Assembly: GCA_046563655.1 (NCBI GenBank)
Contig: CM102286.1
Coordinates: 7,688,001-7,752,000 of the forward strand
Length of the DNA: 64,000 bases
From: Yuukianura sp. NJ FZ-2021
Taxonomy: Eukaryota
Direction: 5' to 3'
Position numbers and translations under genes: made by a program
Notes under the pieces: generated by a model
The model's database searches: none
The model's input: only the letters and a program-made list of their open reading frames with translations
Told to the model about the DNA's origin: nothing
Shown: positions 12,201 through 24,433 of the stretch, piece by piece
How positions within the stretch are numbered: position 1 is the stretch's first letter
Layout: every line of letters starts with the position of its first letter

Positions 12201-15200
12201 TTTTCAATCGCCAAAAAAGCAGATGATGAGAAGATGCACTTTGGCTCTCTTCATCCGGATTCTGCAAAGTTCACTGGGATTGAAGTCATTTTGAGAGAGA
12301 TTCGGATGGATCCTGTCTTCGGACAATTACCTCTGCTTGTCCATTAAAATTACGAACCAGGCTTGGTTCCCTGTTCTCCCTTCCAATTGTTGTTTTTCTT
12401 AATTATTTAACAAAAATTATTTAACAGTTTCTCAAACTTTTGTGTCCGACCTGTTTCGAAAAGTGATCTGCCAGGAAATAAGAGGTTCACAAAACTCAAT
12501 TTTCTGAAATGAATTTTTTACTTCGTGAAGAGAAATTGAAAGTGATGAATATCATAGCAGGTTGGGAAATTGGAAGGTGTTGAGCGATGATACCATTTAA
12601 CTAAAAAGTTAGGCAAAAACAACAAATCGATTCTCAAAAATTCGAAGACACGAAAAAACTCTTTAGTGTTACAGAAATTGAACAGTTCATCTGAAGTGTC
12701 ATTTTCGAGCATTTTTGCAAAAACTGAAGTATCCGCAATGTGAATTTCAAAAAGATGACACTAACGTTACGATCATCGAGAATTTTAAAAAGTCGCTTAC
12801 ATTTCTTTTAAAAAAAAATTTCTAACAAAAAAAACTTTGCTAGTTCCTCTGCATTGATTCATTTCATTGTTCAGGACTGCCTACGCTAAATGGTTTAAAC
12901 ACGGTTTGCATTTGCGGTAAATTCAAAAAAGCTGCGAAAAAAAAATGTTCGGTCAATTGCCAATCGTGTGCTTCGTTTTGTAACTTTTGTTTTCCGCAGT
13001 CCTGCCAGCGTGAAAGCAACGCTATTCGTTACTTTCACCATACTGAAGTACTGCGAGTACTGGGAATACTGCCTTAGAAGTACAACAGAAGTACCGAATT
13101 TCGATTTAATTTTGAAGGGAGTCTCCGCATGCGCATCGAATGCAATTCACTGAGGTTAATGACACTGTTACTGTTTTGGAAAACGTGTAAGGTTAACTGC
13201 CTGGATGACGGAAGCGTGAAGATCGCACGTGGTAAAAATCGTGAATCTGAATGTCGTGATATGGAAGACACACAAAATTCTCACGATATGAAATTATAAA
13301 AAACACGATGGAGGTGATTCATTACGCATTATATTTTTCGACACATTTAGCAATGCAGCAACACGACGCTTATCAAACTCCGCCAAAATTTGAACAATGT
13401 CGAATTTTTTTTGTTACTTTAGAAAAATCAAATCAAAACATTCGTTTTCCATCTCATGCACTTTTGCCTTGTCAAGATACAACTTTCACTTCGAAATTGT
13501 TTTGTTTAGGTTTCCAATAAGCATAATTTTCGAAAGTTTGTCTTTTTTTTTTTATAACGTTCAGTTTAATTTTTTTTTGCAATATAAAATATGTAAACCT
13601 TTTCAATTTGAAGTAAAAGTTGGAACAATTTTTTAAAATGTAAAATGATGCAATTCCGTGATTAAAATGTATACAAAAGGTGTTGCGTTGCCTGAAGCTG
13701 AGATGCTACAGTTATTATTGCCCAGAAAGGGAACAAAAGCAATTCACAAATTCCAAAACTGAAATTTATTTTCTGTACTTTATGAAAGGATACAGTAGCA
13801 CGGACCACAATAGAGTCACAGGGTACTACAATTTGAGTCACAAAATTCAAAAATTCAAGCATTCCTTCATCACTTTCTTCAGACTTCTACTCCGTCCGCT
13901 TAGAAACGTTGTGGCTACGGGGAGTGTGCCAGATTAATAATAGGAACCGCCACTTAACCCCTCCGTTCCCAAATCCACGGCTTTACGTGAAATTTAACTT
14001 TAGCTCTATTAATTAATAGGTCTTAATAAAGTAAAATCCGAATAATTCTAGGACATCTCAATTCAAAAAGTTTAAAACCGGGGTAAAAAAAATTAATTCT
14101 AGGGGTTTTTAAAAAATGCGTTGCAAATTATTTTGAAAATTTAAAAGTCCGAGATTTCCGCGCTTCAGTGTATTAGCCCGTCCCAAAATCACGAAAATTC
14201 GTGACGCCTTTGAATTTCCCACATGACAAAGGTTTCATAAACCCGCGTACGCAGTTGCCACTACTTGGAGTATATGTATAAGGAATATGATATGTAGTAT
14301 ATCTGTACATATGAAAAGGGGCTTTCGGGGGAGGTTTAGCCTTAGGCAACTTTTGGGAGGAAATTTTCCTCTACCCCCACTACGGAAAATAACATGGAGG
14401 GTAGACAGCCAATCACAGAGGCAGAAAAGGGCGCGAAGGGTCTTCGCTCCTCCCACATTCCTTTCTCCTTTGTTCCAAACAAAGAAAGGGTAAAGTCCAA
14501 AGTTTCCAAACAAAGAAAGGGCAAAGTCCAAAGTTCCTCCCGCCCTTTCCTGTCTCTGTGATTGGCTGGTGGACGGAACAAAGGAAACCAAGGAACAAAG
14601 GAACCGAGGTTTCTTTGAAAGTGAAGTTGGAGAAGAGCAGTCAGTTGCTTCCAACTCTTCCTTGGAGCAACACCTCTCCTCTGGAATACTGGGCGAGTCA
14701 CACTGGCACCTCGCAGCCAACACACGGCACCAGGGACCCAAGAGATACCTCCTAGTAGGTTCGAAAGAACTTGAACGGAGCAACAACCGGGGGATTCGAG
14801 CTACACCTGCACGATGTCGGACGACGAGGACCAGCACCACCTCATCTACTTGGATCAAGACGCCATGGAGGAAGACGACCGGCATCCCACACCACCGCAA
14901 CCAACTACTACATCCCGAGGACTCCCCGCGCTTCGACGTCGACCACGAGGACGTCCACCCCAGCGAAGACCACGCACTCGAGGACCAGCGCTGTACCGCT
15001 CCGACCAAGGCTCTCCACCATCGCAATATGGATCCACCGCAGCCACCAGAGGTCGGGGACCACGGACACGAGGGCCAGGCGTTCGTCAAACTTACCAAGG
15101 TACGAACACAATTCGGTTCGGGTTCGGTACACGATCGGTCATGGATCGAACAGGGTTCGGTCATGGATCGAACAGGGTTCGGTCATGGATCGAACAGGGT

Positions 15201-18200
15201 TCGGTCATGGATCGAACAGGGTTCGGTCATGGATCGAACCGGGTTCGGTCATGGATCGAACCGGGTTCGGTCATGGATCGAACAGGGTTCGGTCATGGAT
15301 CGAACAGGGTACCGTCCAGGCTTCCTAAGGTTTTATTTATATAGTATTTCTTTTTCAATTCTAGGGGCAACAACCATACAGGATCCTTCCGATGATGACG
15401 TGGACAGCGGGCCGGATAATTCTTCAGACTCGGACGACGGCACAGCGCCTCCAAGAGAACCACTGGACACGGACACGCCCACCGACGAGAGTGAGGAGGA
15501 CTCAGATGCCCAGGCGGGTCCAGCTCCGGCAAGACCATCATCCGTCAAATCTAAGGATGGTACGGATTGGACTACAACCACGCCGCCGCAGTCGCAAACT
15601 CTTGCCCACAACATCTTTCCGTTGACGTCGGGAATTCGTGGACGGGCGACAGAAGCAGAGGACTTCGTGGATTTCTTCACCCTCTTCTTTACGGACGCCA
15701 TCATCGAGGATGTCATCTGCAAGTGGACGAATAAGCATGGTCGTGAACGGTACGAAGAATTGAACGCCACCAATCCACTCAACGCTCCAAGGGTTTGGAA
15801 GGATGTCAGCGCAACCGAGATGCTAGCTTACATCGGAGTTCTTCTCTACACTGGAGGCACCAGAGGCTTCGACCAGCCAATAAAAGAATTCTGGAGCAAC
15901 GACAAGATGATCGGGTCGTGCTTCCACAAATCCGCCATGTCGAGGAACCGCTTCTTGTTGATTCAGGAACACCTACGTTTTGATGATTCCCTTGCACGAA
16001 ACAGCGCCGATCCAGATTCTGTCCCTCGTCTCGCTCCTATTCGAGAGTTGTTCGATGCTGTCAACGCCACCTTCAGAGAAGTCTACACCGCCACACCATT
16101 TCTAACCATCGACGAGATGCTGATTCCTTTCCGAGGACGCTGTAAGTTTAAAGTATACATGAAGTCGAAGCCGGCACGCTACGGACTAAAGGTATGGGCC
16201 TGTGCGGACGCCATCAACAGGTACGTGCTCAACCTGAAGGTCTACGAGGGACGAGCGCCAGGAGACCCCATAGAGCGGAAGCAAGGAGTTCGCGTGGTAC
16301 AAGCATTGTCGGAGCCATTTCTCAACGTTGGGAGGGGGATAACAACGGACAACTTCTTCACCTGCAAGGAATTGGCGGAGTGGCTGCTGGACAGGAACAC
16401 GACCCTGCTTGGAACTATCCGGTCCAATCGACGAGAGGTACCAGACATGCTGAAATCGGAGAACTGCAAACGGCGCGAAAAGGGCGAGTCAACCTACATC
16501 TACAGCGGTCGGGTTACCATGCTGAGCCACATTCCGAAGCCGAGGAAGAACGTATTGCTCCTTTCTACCCAACACAATGGCCCGGGAGATGTGACAACAC
16601 GGAGGGGGATCCAGAAACCTCAGATGATTCAAGACTACAACGAGACGAAGGGAGGTGTGGATGCTGTAGACTGGATGGTTGGAAAGTATTCCTGTCGCCG
16701 ATCATCGAAGCGATGGCCCACAAAGATATTTTACCATCTCATTGATGTCGCAGCCCTCAACGCCTACATATTGTGGACCCTGAAGAACCCACGCTGGGAG
16801 CAAGAGAAGGGTCGCGTCGCCCGAAGACTCTTTCTACGCCACTTGGCTATCAGGCTGATTAGCCCCAACATCGGCGAGCGTGTAGAGCGGCCCATACTTT
16901 CGCGTCACTTTCGGCAAGCAGTTGTGGATATGGGACTCGAGATCATCATACCAAGGAAGCCTATTATGTCTGGATTCGCCAAAGACGGTAAACGGACCAA
17001 CCGGATAACCACACAAACGGTCCAAAGCTGCTTCACCTGCAAGTCAAAGAAGAAGACTACCAATACGAATACGCTTTGCAACGACTGTAATCGTCCAATA
17101 TGCCGGCGACACCAAAGCGAAAGGGTTCTTTGCGACATTTGCAGCAACGTAGAAACGGATTCGGAGGAAGACGGGCCTAAACCACTACGCATCACGAAGC
17201 GGGCTAGAAGAGCACTGCCGAAAACTGCAACTTCAACTTCAACTGCATCTCCATCAGCTTCAACTGCACTTCCATCAGCTTCAGCTACGTCACGGTCAAC
17301 TACAAATGCACCTACCACCTCAGCTTCGCAACCTCCAGTTGCAGGACCATCAACAGGGGTCGCAATGCACTACACTCCACCTCCCACGTATTATTCCGAC
17401 TCGGACTAAGACTTAGATTCTAGTTAATTAATTGCACTACAAGATAATTAATTTGTGTTTCCAACTTTTGGAATTGATTGTTTTTTTTATAACACTGTTA
17501 AGTTAGTGCTAGCCTTGAGCTTAAATATTTTTTTTGTAACTCAGCCTTCATATTATTTTTTGGCTTTGAGTCGGGGACCTCACCCCTAAGAAACTTGGAA
17601 AGAAAAATTACAAAATTGTTAAAAAAAAAAAGTTTAAAAAATTTAAAGTCAGAAAAAAGTTTAAAAAATTTAAAAAGTCAAAAAAAGTTTAAAAAATTTA
17701 AAAAGTCAAAAAAAAGTTTAAAAAAGGGACCGTAGCCAACGGTCTGTCGTGATGCTCGGCACTGATGAGACAATAGCAGTCAGAAACCGTTGGCTATAAA
17801 GTCCGGAGTGGAACACTAAACTCAAGGTTCGTAAACAAGAAAATAGTTTTATAATATTATTCTATAATATATTTTATAATATTATAAAATTATATAATAT
17901 TTTATAATAATATAATGCTATTTTGTTTCTATAGGAACGTTGGTAAAACTAGTACTGAAACACCTCGGCAACTACGCAGGGGAGTATGTTACACGATTTT
18001 TCGTGACGTGGTTCCAGCTGACGTTTTGGCATTCCCACGGGAGTTCGTGCCGTCGGGACCGCAAAATTTAGCGCCTCAATTGGGAACGGAGAGGTTAAGT
18101 CCTATCTCCACAATAGTCCTTATTGATCTCGCTTAGAAATAGTGTAAGCGTATCTAATTGGCACGCGGCAATTATTCACGGGATTAGGAATTTAAGTTAA

Positions 18201-19255
18201 AATTAGTCCTCAGCCCAATTTAACTTGTAATGAATTTTGTAATTACAGCAGACGCTATCAAACTTTTCTTTCATCCCGTGATGTACTGCAAAGACTACAC
18301 CAATCAAGTTTGAGACATTTCACAAGAGCAGGGCGTTTCCAGCCACTTAAAACTAATCGTAATTTTTTTATCTTTTACTAAAGAGATCTGTTCAAGATCG
18401 GGGCATTATACTAATCATTACAAAAGGCATATCTTCTTTGGGATCCTCCAAAAAGAGCGAGAAATAAAGCATGATTAGTTAATAGCTTGAATACCAACCA
18501 ACTTAACTTTACAAGATTATAAAACCGTTAATGCTTCTAATTGACTATGTAGCCCTATTTATAGTGCCCAACTTGTTTAAAAAAAACTGCTGAAATTAAC
18601 TAGATGCCGAAGTTGATATTAGAAAACAGGTTACGTTTGTGTGTGGATTAAAAAAGCAGCGCCTGTTAATAGCCCTTCAATAGCGTACACGGGAAACACA
18701 GAATTTTAAAATCTCTTTCTGCATTAATCGTTAATGATTTTCTTGGGTTCACCATACATTTGAATTTACTAAGGCTACTGACAGGACGACTGACGACATC
18801 ACATACAGGACGACTGAATGTAAATATAAATTACCACTTGGCAGTATACTAATATGTAATATTGGATGTCAGTATAATTCTAGTCAAAGGTGAAAGTGTT
18901 GGCACGCGATTTTATGCCTTGGAAGAAAAACAGAAGAAAAGAAAGGAAACGAGATAAATACTGATACTTCCACGGGGCACTTTTTTTTGTACTACTTTAG
19001 GAGTACTTTAGACGAATCTAAAAATTCACGCCCCATCGTAAAAGTAAAAAAAAAAAGAAATTGATTGCTTTCTCCTTACATTTACTTGTATCGTATCATA
19101 ATGCAATGTTTAAAACTTTGTTCAAAAAACAAGTAAGTCTAAAAACTGGAATTTAAGAAATCCACAATAGAGTTATACCTGTAGCTTTTTTTCAGTTTTG
19201 CTTACCTGCACATTTGGATGACTTCCTGCATACCCGCAGAACTGTTCTGATACAT
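3257..19255 (-). CDS. dysf: bHLH-PAS transcription factor dysfusion/NPAS4-like, N-terminal exons; gene continues beyond the left edge
   Basis: Exons 8287-8103 ([56 protein letters not shown]), 3982-3921 ([21 protein letters not shown]) and 3346-3257 ([30 protein letters not shown], start of PAS-A) have GT-AG boundaries with compatible phases. A putative first coding exon 19255-19206 ([16 protein letters not shown], phase 2 compatible) is less certain. Confidence 0.88.
4287..4499 (+). CDS. Putative small two-TM membrane protein (70 aa), nested antisense in a dysf intron
   Basis: GC-richer island in AT-rich intron; ATG immediately follows an acceptor-like TTTCAG; two hydrophobic stretches. No family recognised. 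Confidence 0.3.
   Translation: MAGDLLHGAKVILMLMPQILCASLLVLVVALIFMDDERAFCAVVLSTLLASLVAIWLIAGWTTYWDHQAS
14814..17409 (+). CDS. piggyBac transposase, predicted spliced: 14814-15099 + 15365-17409 (776 aa)
   Basis: DDD triad motifs [50 protein letters not shown]-terminal Cys-rich finger [20 protein letters not shown]. Phase-1 GT..AG intron 15100-15364 joins the ATG exon in frame. Confidence 0.9.
15135..15310. repeat. 22-bp minisatellite x8 (GGTCATGGATCGAACAGGGTTC) in the predicted transposase intron
   Basis: Core GGTCATGGATCGAA starts at 15137, 15159, 15181, 15203, 15225, 15247, 15269 and 15291. Confidence 0.95.
17620..17725. repeat. A-rich ~28-bp tandem repeat in the piggyBac 3' region
   Basis: AAAAAAAGTTTAAAAAATTTAAAAAGTC-like unit repeated about 4 times. 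Confidence 0.75.
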
Positions 19256-20695
19256 TTAAATCTTCTTCCTTCTTTCCGAAATTTCGTGTTCTTCCTCCCG
19301 ACAACCTTTAAAAGTTCAAAGTCCGTGCTTACTTTTCAACCGAGATGTAGAGCCCTTACAATTTTTTTTTTGTAAAAGCTGACAATGGTGTGGATCTCTT
19401 CCAGTAAAAATTAATTGAAAACCGGCTCTATTAAAGCTTTCTGTACAACACCATTGGACCTAAGACTGTTTTTTTACAATACAAATCCATTTGTTTTACG
19501 ATGCCCTTTGCGGTGTTCCAGCTTCTCAAATTCTAAACTCAACTTACTACGTTCACGGACCACACACTTGACGTTCAATAAGTTTTTTAAGGAGAAGGGT
19601 TTCCACCTGTTTAGAATTGAAGCGGTTCTGTTCAGCAGTTCAAAGTTCGAGCAGGATTGATTCAAAATTGAATTTGAAAAAAGAATGTGGTGAAAGCAGT
19701 GAAAGGCGTCTCTGCAATTCGATTGGCGACTGTGATCTGTTTCGACAAACGGCTGAAGCGTGACTGAATAGAGCAGGAATAGCGGTGCAACAACAGGTAA
19801 GATCTTAAGGGGTGTGTGGACCATTTAGATTGGAATATTGGTACAGAGAAGGTGAGATTCAAAAGCTGTTGTTTAAATTGCTAAAAGTCGAGGGTGAAAG
19901 AGTTGAAATCTAAGGGGAGGTGCTTAGGGATGGAAACAGAGATGGAGATTTACCATTGGCTTAAAGTTATCAAATCTCCACCCCTGCCCACCCTGTAGGC
20001 CGATTCACAGCAACGGAATTCTCATGAAAAATTGTTAATCCTAAGTGTTTTTTATTTTATTTTGAAAATCACTTTAAAATATTATCCTGATTCGGATTTC
20101 GTTATAAGTTACAACAAAGTTGATATTTCTGCTATAATAAGTTTTTTTTTGTGCAGGTCATATAATTTGTAATGATGCCAAAAAAAGTAGAAAACAATGA
20201 AAAAGTGGTAGTAGCCCATAGACAATTGAATTGACCAAAGTGGATCACTTCTGAAATAAAAAGGGACCATCCCTTTGTTTCTACAAAGATGAATTGATTT
20301 TGAACATTTGATTTAAGAGGGTATTATTTGTCTCCTAAGGTCGTGACTACCTACTTTGTACCTAGAAAGTTAATGGAATGAAACAAAACTAAACGATTTG
20401 TTTTGATAAAGTGCAGTAAAATGGGAACAATTTACCAGAATTAGTAGTCAAATTCAAAATACCAAAATAACAATTCTACGTAAGATAGGAGCTTATATTG
20501 TACCCCCATTCATTTCCGCCAAAACCTCATTTTTTTAATAGCAATTCACCAACGTTAAGTATTTTTGAACAAACGTTAAAAAAGCGGATAGTCGGCGTAA
20601 GGTTTAACGAACGTCATTGTAGCCATTGTACAGTTGTGCCAAACACCGCGTGCCAAATTATGTTGTCACGCGCGATTAGGTTGAAGTGGCTATAT

Positions 20696-20849
20696 GTTGC
20701 CACTCTCAATTACATTAAAGTGGCAACAGAAGTTGCCACTCTCAATTACATTAAAGTGGCAACAGAAGTTGCCACTCTCAATTACATTAAAGTGGCAACA
20801 GAAGTTGCCACTCTCAATTACATTAAAGTGGCAACAGAAGTTGCCACTC
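20696..20849. repeat. 36-bp tandem repeat x4.3 with palindromic unit
   Basis: GTTGCCACTCTCAATTACATTAAAGTGGCAACAGAA, identical head-to-tail copies. Each unit carries the inverted pair GTTGCCACT..AGTGGCAAC. Confidence 0.95.
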
Positions 20850-21104
20850 AGGTGTAGCTAACTAGTGTAGCCAAGGATAGCGATGTAACGTTACAACGAG
20901 GTTAGTTAATCCTTACATCAACGAATTAGCTAGGTTGGGGAAATTATCACCAAATAGGATGTTAGTTTCATGGAAAACAAACGGCAGATTTTTTACCAAT
21001 TTAATTTGAACCTTTTATGAAAACAACTTTATTTAATTTTTTAAAAAATCTAGCACTGTATTCCTGAAATTTTTAATAACATGACATCGAAACAACTATT
21101 ATTT

Positions 21105-24100
21105 TCAATTGGCACTACTGCTGCGCAAGTTCTTTGCACCTGGCACTTGGCTTGACTTTTCTTCAGGGAGTTCATTTGACTCTGAAATAGTTTTAAGTCC
21201 GAGCGCCCACAGGAGAGCGTCTGGCGAAGGATCTCTTCCGCGAAACTTTCGAAAAACTTCACTTGGATGGTAACCACCGCCAAGAGATAGAAAAGTATTT
21301 CGAAATCTAAAGTGAAAAACGATTATCAACAAAAAATCAGAACTTTTGCACTAAGATTTTGATTTGAGTAAGTCGTACCTTGATCCCTCGGCTTTCCATC
21401 GCTCCTTTTCACCACCCTCGGAAACAAATGCTCTGTAAATATCGGCTGCTAGCATTTTAGACCAAAGCCCGGAATAATATGCTGCGGCATAATTTCCACT
21501 AAATATTTGTTGGAAGGAACACGGATGAGAGTCCGCCTTATCCAGTAATAGTCCAGCAGAGGACTTATAAAGAGACCACAATCGCTTTGTTACATCCAGC
21601 CAAAATTCGGATCTGTTGTTGGAAACGTAATATTCACACATTATTAAAATAATTTTTTTAATTGCGCTGTAAAGTGGTGCATACTCACGTTGAGTACATT
21701 TCGATGTCCAGGTCAGATAAATAAAGTTGATGCGACAAGTCAAACGCTGCCAAATGTTTCAGAGATTTCAATACTCCTGTTAACATTTCATCTGGTAAAG
21801 GTTCTCCAGATTCAAAATGCGAGGATAAAGATCCCAGAAAAGCCTTGTTCCCCAGCCTATGAGATTAATTCAATATTACTTGGGATTGTAATGTTTTAAT
21901 ATCGCGAACGAAAATAACTATCATTCTCACCACATTGCCATAAATTCTGATGCAACTCTCGTACAATCCCACTCAATGTTTGTCGTTCCAGAAATTTCAG
22001 GGTACTGAATTGTTGTCAGAGTGTGTTGCAGCATTTCACCAAACTAATCAAAAGGTGAATCATTTACAACTTCTGCTTATTTAAATAATTCAAGTATTGC
22101 AAAACAGTATACCTTCTCGAAAAGATCAGAAATATCAGAAAACGACAGCAGGCTCGGTTTTCCATACATTGGTGGCTTAAAATTAAATACCAATGATGAC
22201 AGTGGTGTCAGGTTCAGTTTGTCGTACTTCGGCCTGTTGCCTAACATCCACGAAGATCCTGGCAATTTTTGACCCGGCCTAATAAATGTAAAAACATTTT
22301 TGATATAATTTATACACATACGTATCTCATTATAAAACATATGTATTTAAGTAACGTATGCCATTAAAGCTAGTAACCTTGCGTAGGGGTCAACAAAGAA
22401 ATGTCCGATGATTCTCTTGGAGTCCGATACTGAATAAAATTCGACATCTTCGTGCCATCCTTTCTTATTTTCCTTTTGAATGTGGATACCAAACACATGC
22501 GACGCAAAACTTATCATTCTGGAGACGACTACAGGGTATGGGAAGTATGTTTCTACAACTGTGTGATCCAGGCTATTGAAAAAATAATGAATTAGAATTG
22601 TGTAAAGGCAACTGGTGAGTGAAATAACGTTAACCCACTTGTATAGTGACTTTAATTGCTTCCTTCTCCAGTATGGTATGTCCCATGGTTTCAATTTGTG
22701 ATCAAACCCTCGTGATTCTGCGTATGATTGTAGCGATGCAATCTCTTCCGATTGTTTTGGGTTGGCTAAAACGGAATAGTTGTAAACAATTGAGATTATG
22801 TAACAAAGTACAGCTATTCTTGAACATGAGATTCCAAATGGTAACCGAGCCATGTCTTACCAACGACAAACAGGCTGGCAATCATTGTCTTCACATTGTC
22901 CAGATTGCCCGCCATTTTTGTAACCATAGATAAATCGGCGTAGGTTTCGTATCCCAGTAGCTTTGCAATTGATGCTCTAAAAGTTGAAATAAGTGAATAA
23001 GTCAGTTCCAGTATGACAAACGAAGAGCTGATACAAGTTGAACTCTTAAAGCTTACCGTTTCATCCTGATTTCCTCAATGGGAATGCTGTTACTGATAAC
23101 CTTGTCAACAGTGTTTGAGGCTCTTGAAACATAGGCTTGCCATGTATTCCATCGTAGGGCTCGCTCCGGACAGTATTGCATGAAGTATTCGTAACCTGGC
23201 GAGGAAAGCTTCACCGTCCAAGGCCCGCGCTTGGCGGTGGTGTCCGTCCTATAAAGAGAACCGAAATCGTTAACGTTTTGTTACAGAATACAAATGGAAT
23301 TGCTGTAAGTTTAAGAAATACCCGGATTTTGATATAGCAAGAAGCCCTTCGTGTGGCATACTACCAACATATTTCGGATCAATTATTAGGTGCTTGAATC
23401 TGGAGGTGGCTTCCTGAATATTCATGTCAAAGTGTTCACACACTTGACGCAGTGAATTTGAGGTTTGAATAAATTCGGCTTTTGCATTTCCTGTCAACCG
23501 AATTCCAGACAGTGTAGCCTCAGTCACGTATTTCGAAACCAGTCTTGCTTCCGAAGTTGAACCGACTGCTGACGCAGTTGGAATTTCGAGATCCTATAAA
23601 CACATGAAAAATATAAAACCTTCCGTTTGTGAAAAAAATTCCTCGTAAAATTGATCTCACCCTCCAAACTCTGTACAAAGTTTCGCTTTGATATTTCTTC
23701 GAAGTTGCTGAAGTTGCTCGTTCGTGAAATTTTTCGTAAATCTCCGCTCGAAAAACATCACTCTTGACTATTGACATAGTTTTCAAAAGAGACCAAACAT
23801 AATGAAGGGGAACCGATGCAGAATCTAAAGGTGTCGAAAGTTCTTGAACCGTAGGTACCGACGACGCTTCTGAAAAACGAACATAGAGAGTACTAATTGC
23901 TTTACTTACAAGCAGTAGCACAGAATAAAGTAACGTTTAGCCTTCACTTACTTGCGCTGACAATTTCTTCCGTTTTCCATATTGCCGTTTCTAGCTCAAT
24001 GCATAGTTTAATTACAGCATTCCTCCATGCAACTGATGTAACAGCTTCGAAATCCGGTATGTCAGAGGTTCTCAATAAAGGATTAGTTTCGTCCGTGTCA

Positions 24101-24433
24101 GGCGGTATCTCAGGGATTCTAGAACGGTTCAACAAGCATAGTATAACTATTAGTAGACAAACTATCAATTGACATAACTTCGCTATTTTACTTTTTCTAA
24201 TATTTACCAGTGCACTCCATACTTCGTTTTCGAGTAGTAATGAAAAACAATTTTTTTTTTTGTTTTTGCAAAATATGAACTCACAAGACTACGTATCCAG
24301 AAGGAGGGCTTTGCCTATCCTGACCTCGACCACCACCTTGAGGAGCTGAAGTGCTCGAACTTGTTGTAGCAGCATTCCTCAAATTGAACGATGAAAGTAA
24401 GTGACGTTTGGCCCTAAGTATAGCTCGAGACAT
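21105..24433 (-). CDS. Peptidase M3 oligopeptidase-A-like protein, probably mitochondrial, with degenerate zinc site (multi-exon)
   Basis: Basic/hydroxylated N-terminus MSRAILRAKRHLLSSFNLRNA, then GYVVLIPEIPPD. M3 blocks LKPWDIPYWRRKQ, WHEDVEFY, IGHFFVDPYAR, CSFQQIFSGNYAAAYYSGLWSKMLAADI and FLSLGGGYHPSEVFRKFRGRDPSPDALL. Confidence 0.88.

Larger units (their letters stand above)
13958..18094 (+). mobile_element. Full-length piggyBac DNA transposon
   Basis: TTAA at 13954-13957 and 18095-18098. 15-bp TIRs CCCCTCCGTTCCCAA / TTGGGAACGGAGAGG (1 mismatch). Encloses a piggyBac transposase. Confidence 0.95.

Noticed and set aside
14569..15364. N-terminal ~265 aa of the 946-aa ORF as the true transposase start
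   Set aside because: It begins at GTG and reads through the 22-bp array and a pyrimidine tract; the ATG-14814 spliced model fits better.
14235..17318. Antisense and alternate-frame ORFs over the transposase (e.g. 309 aa at 14235-15164)
   Set aside because: Shadow ORFs of GC-rich coding sequence with no recognisable motifs.
20696..20849. CRISPR array (36-bp palindromic repeats)
   Set aside because: Units abut directly with no unique spacers, there are no cas genes, and the context is eukaryotic.
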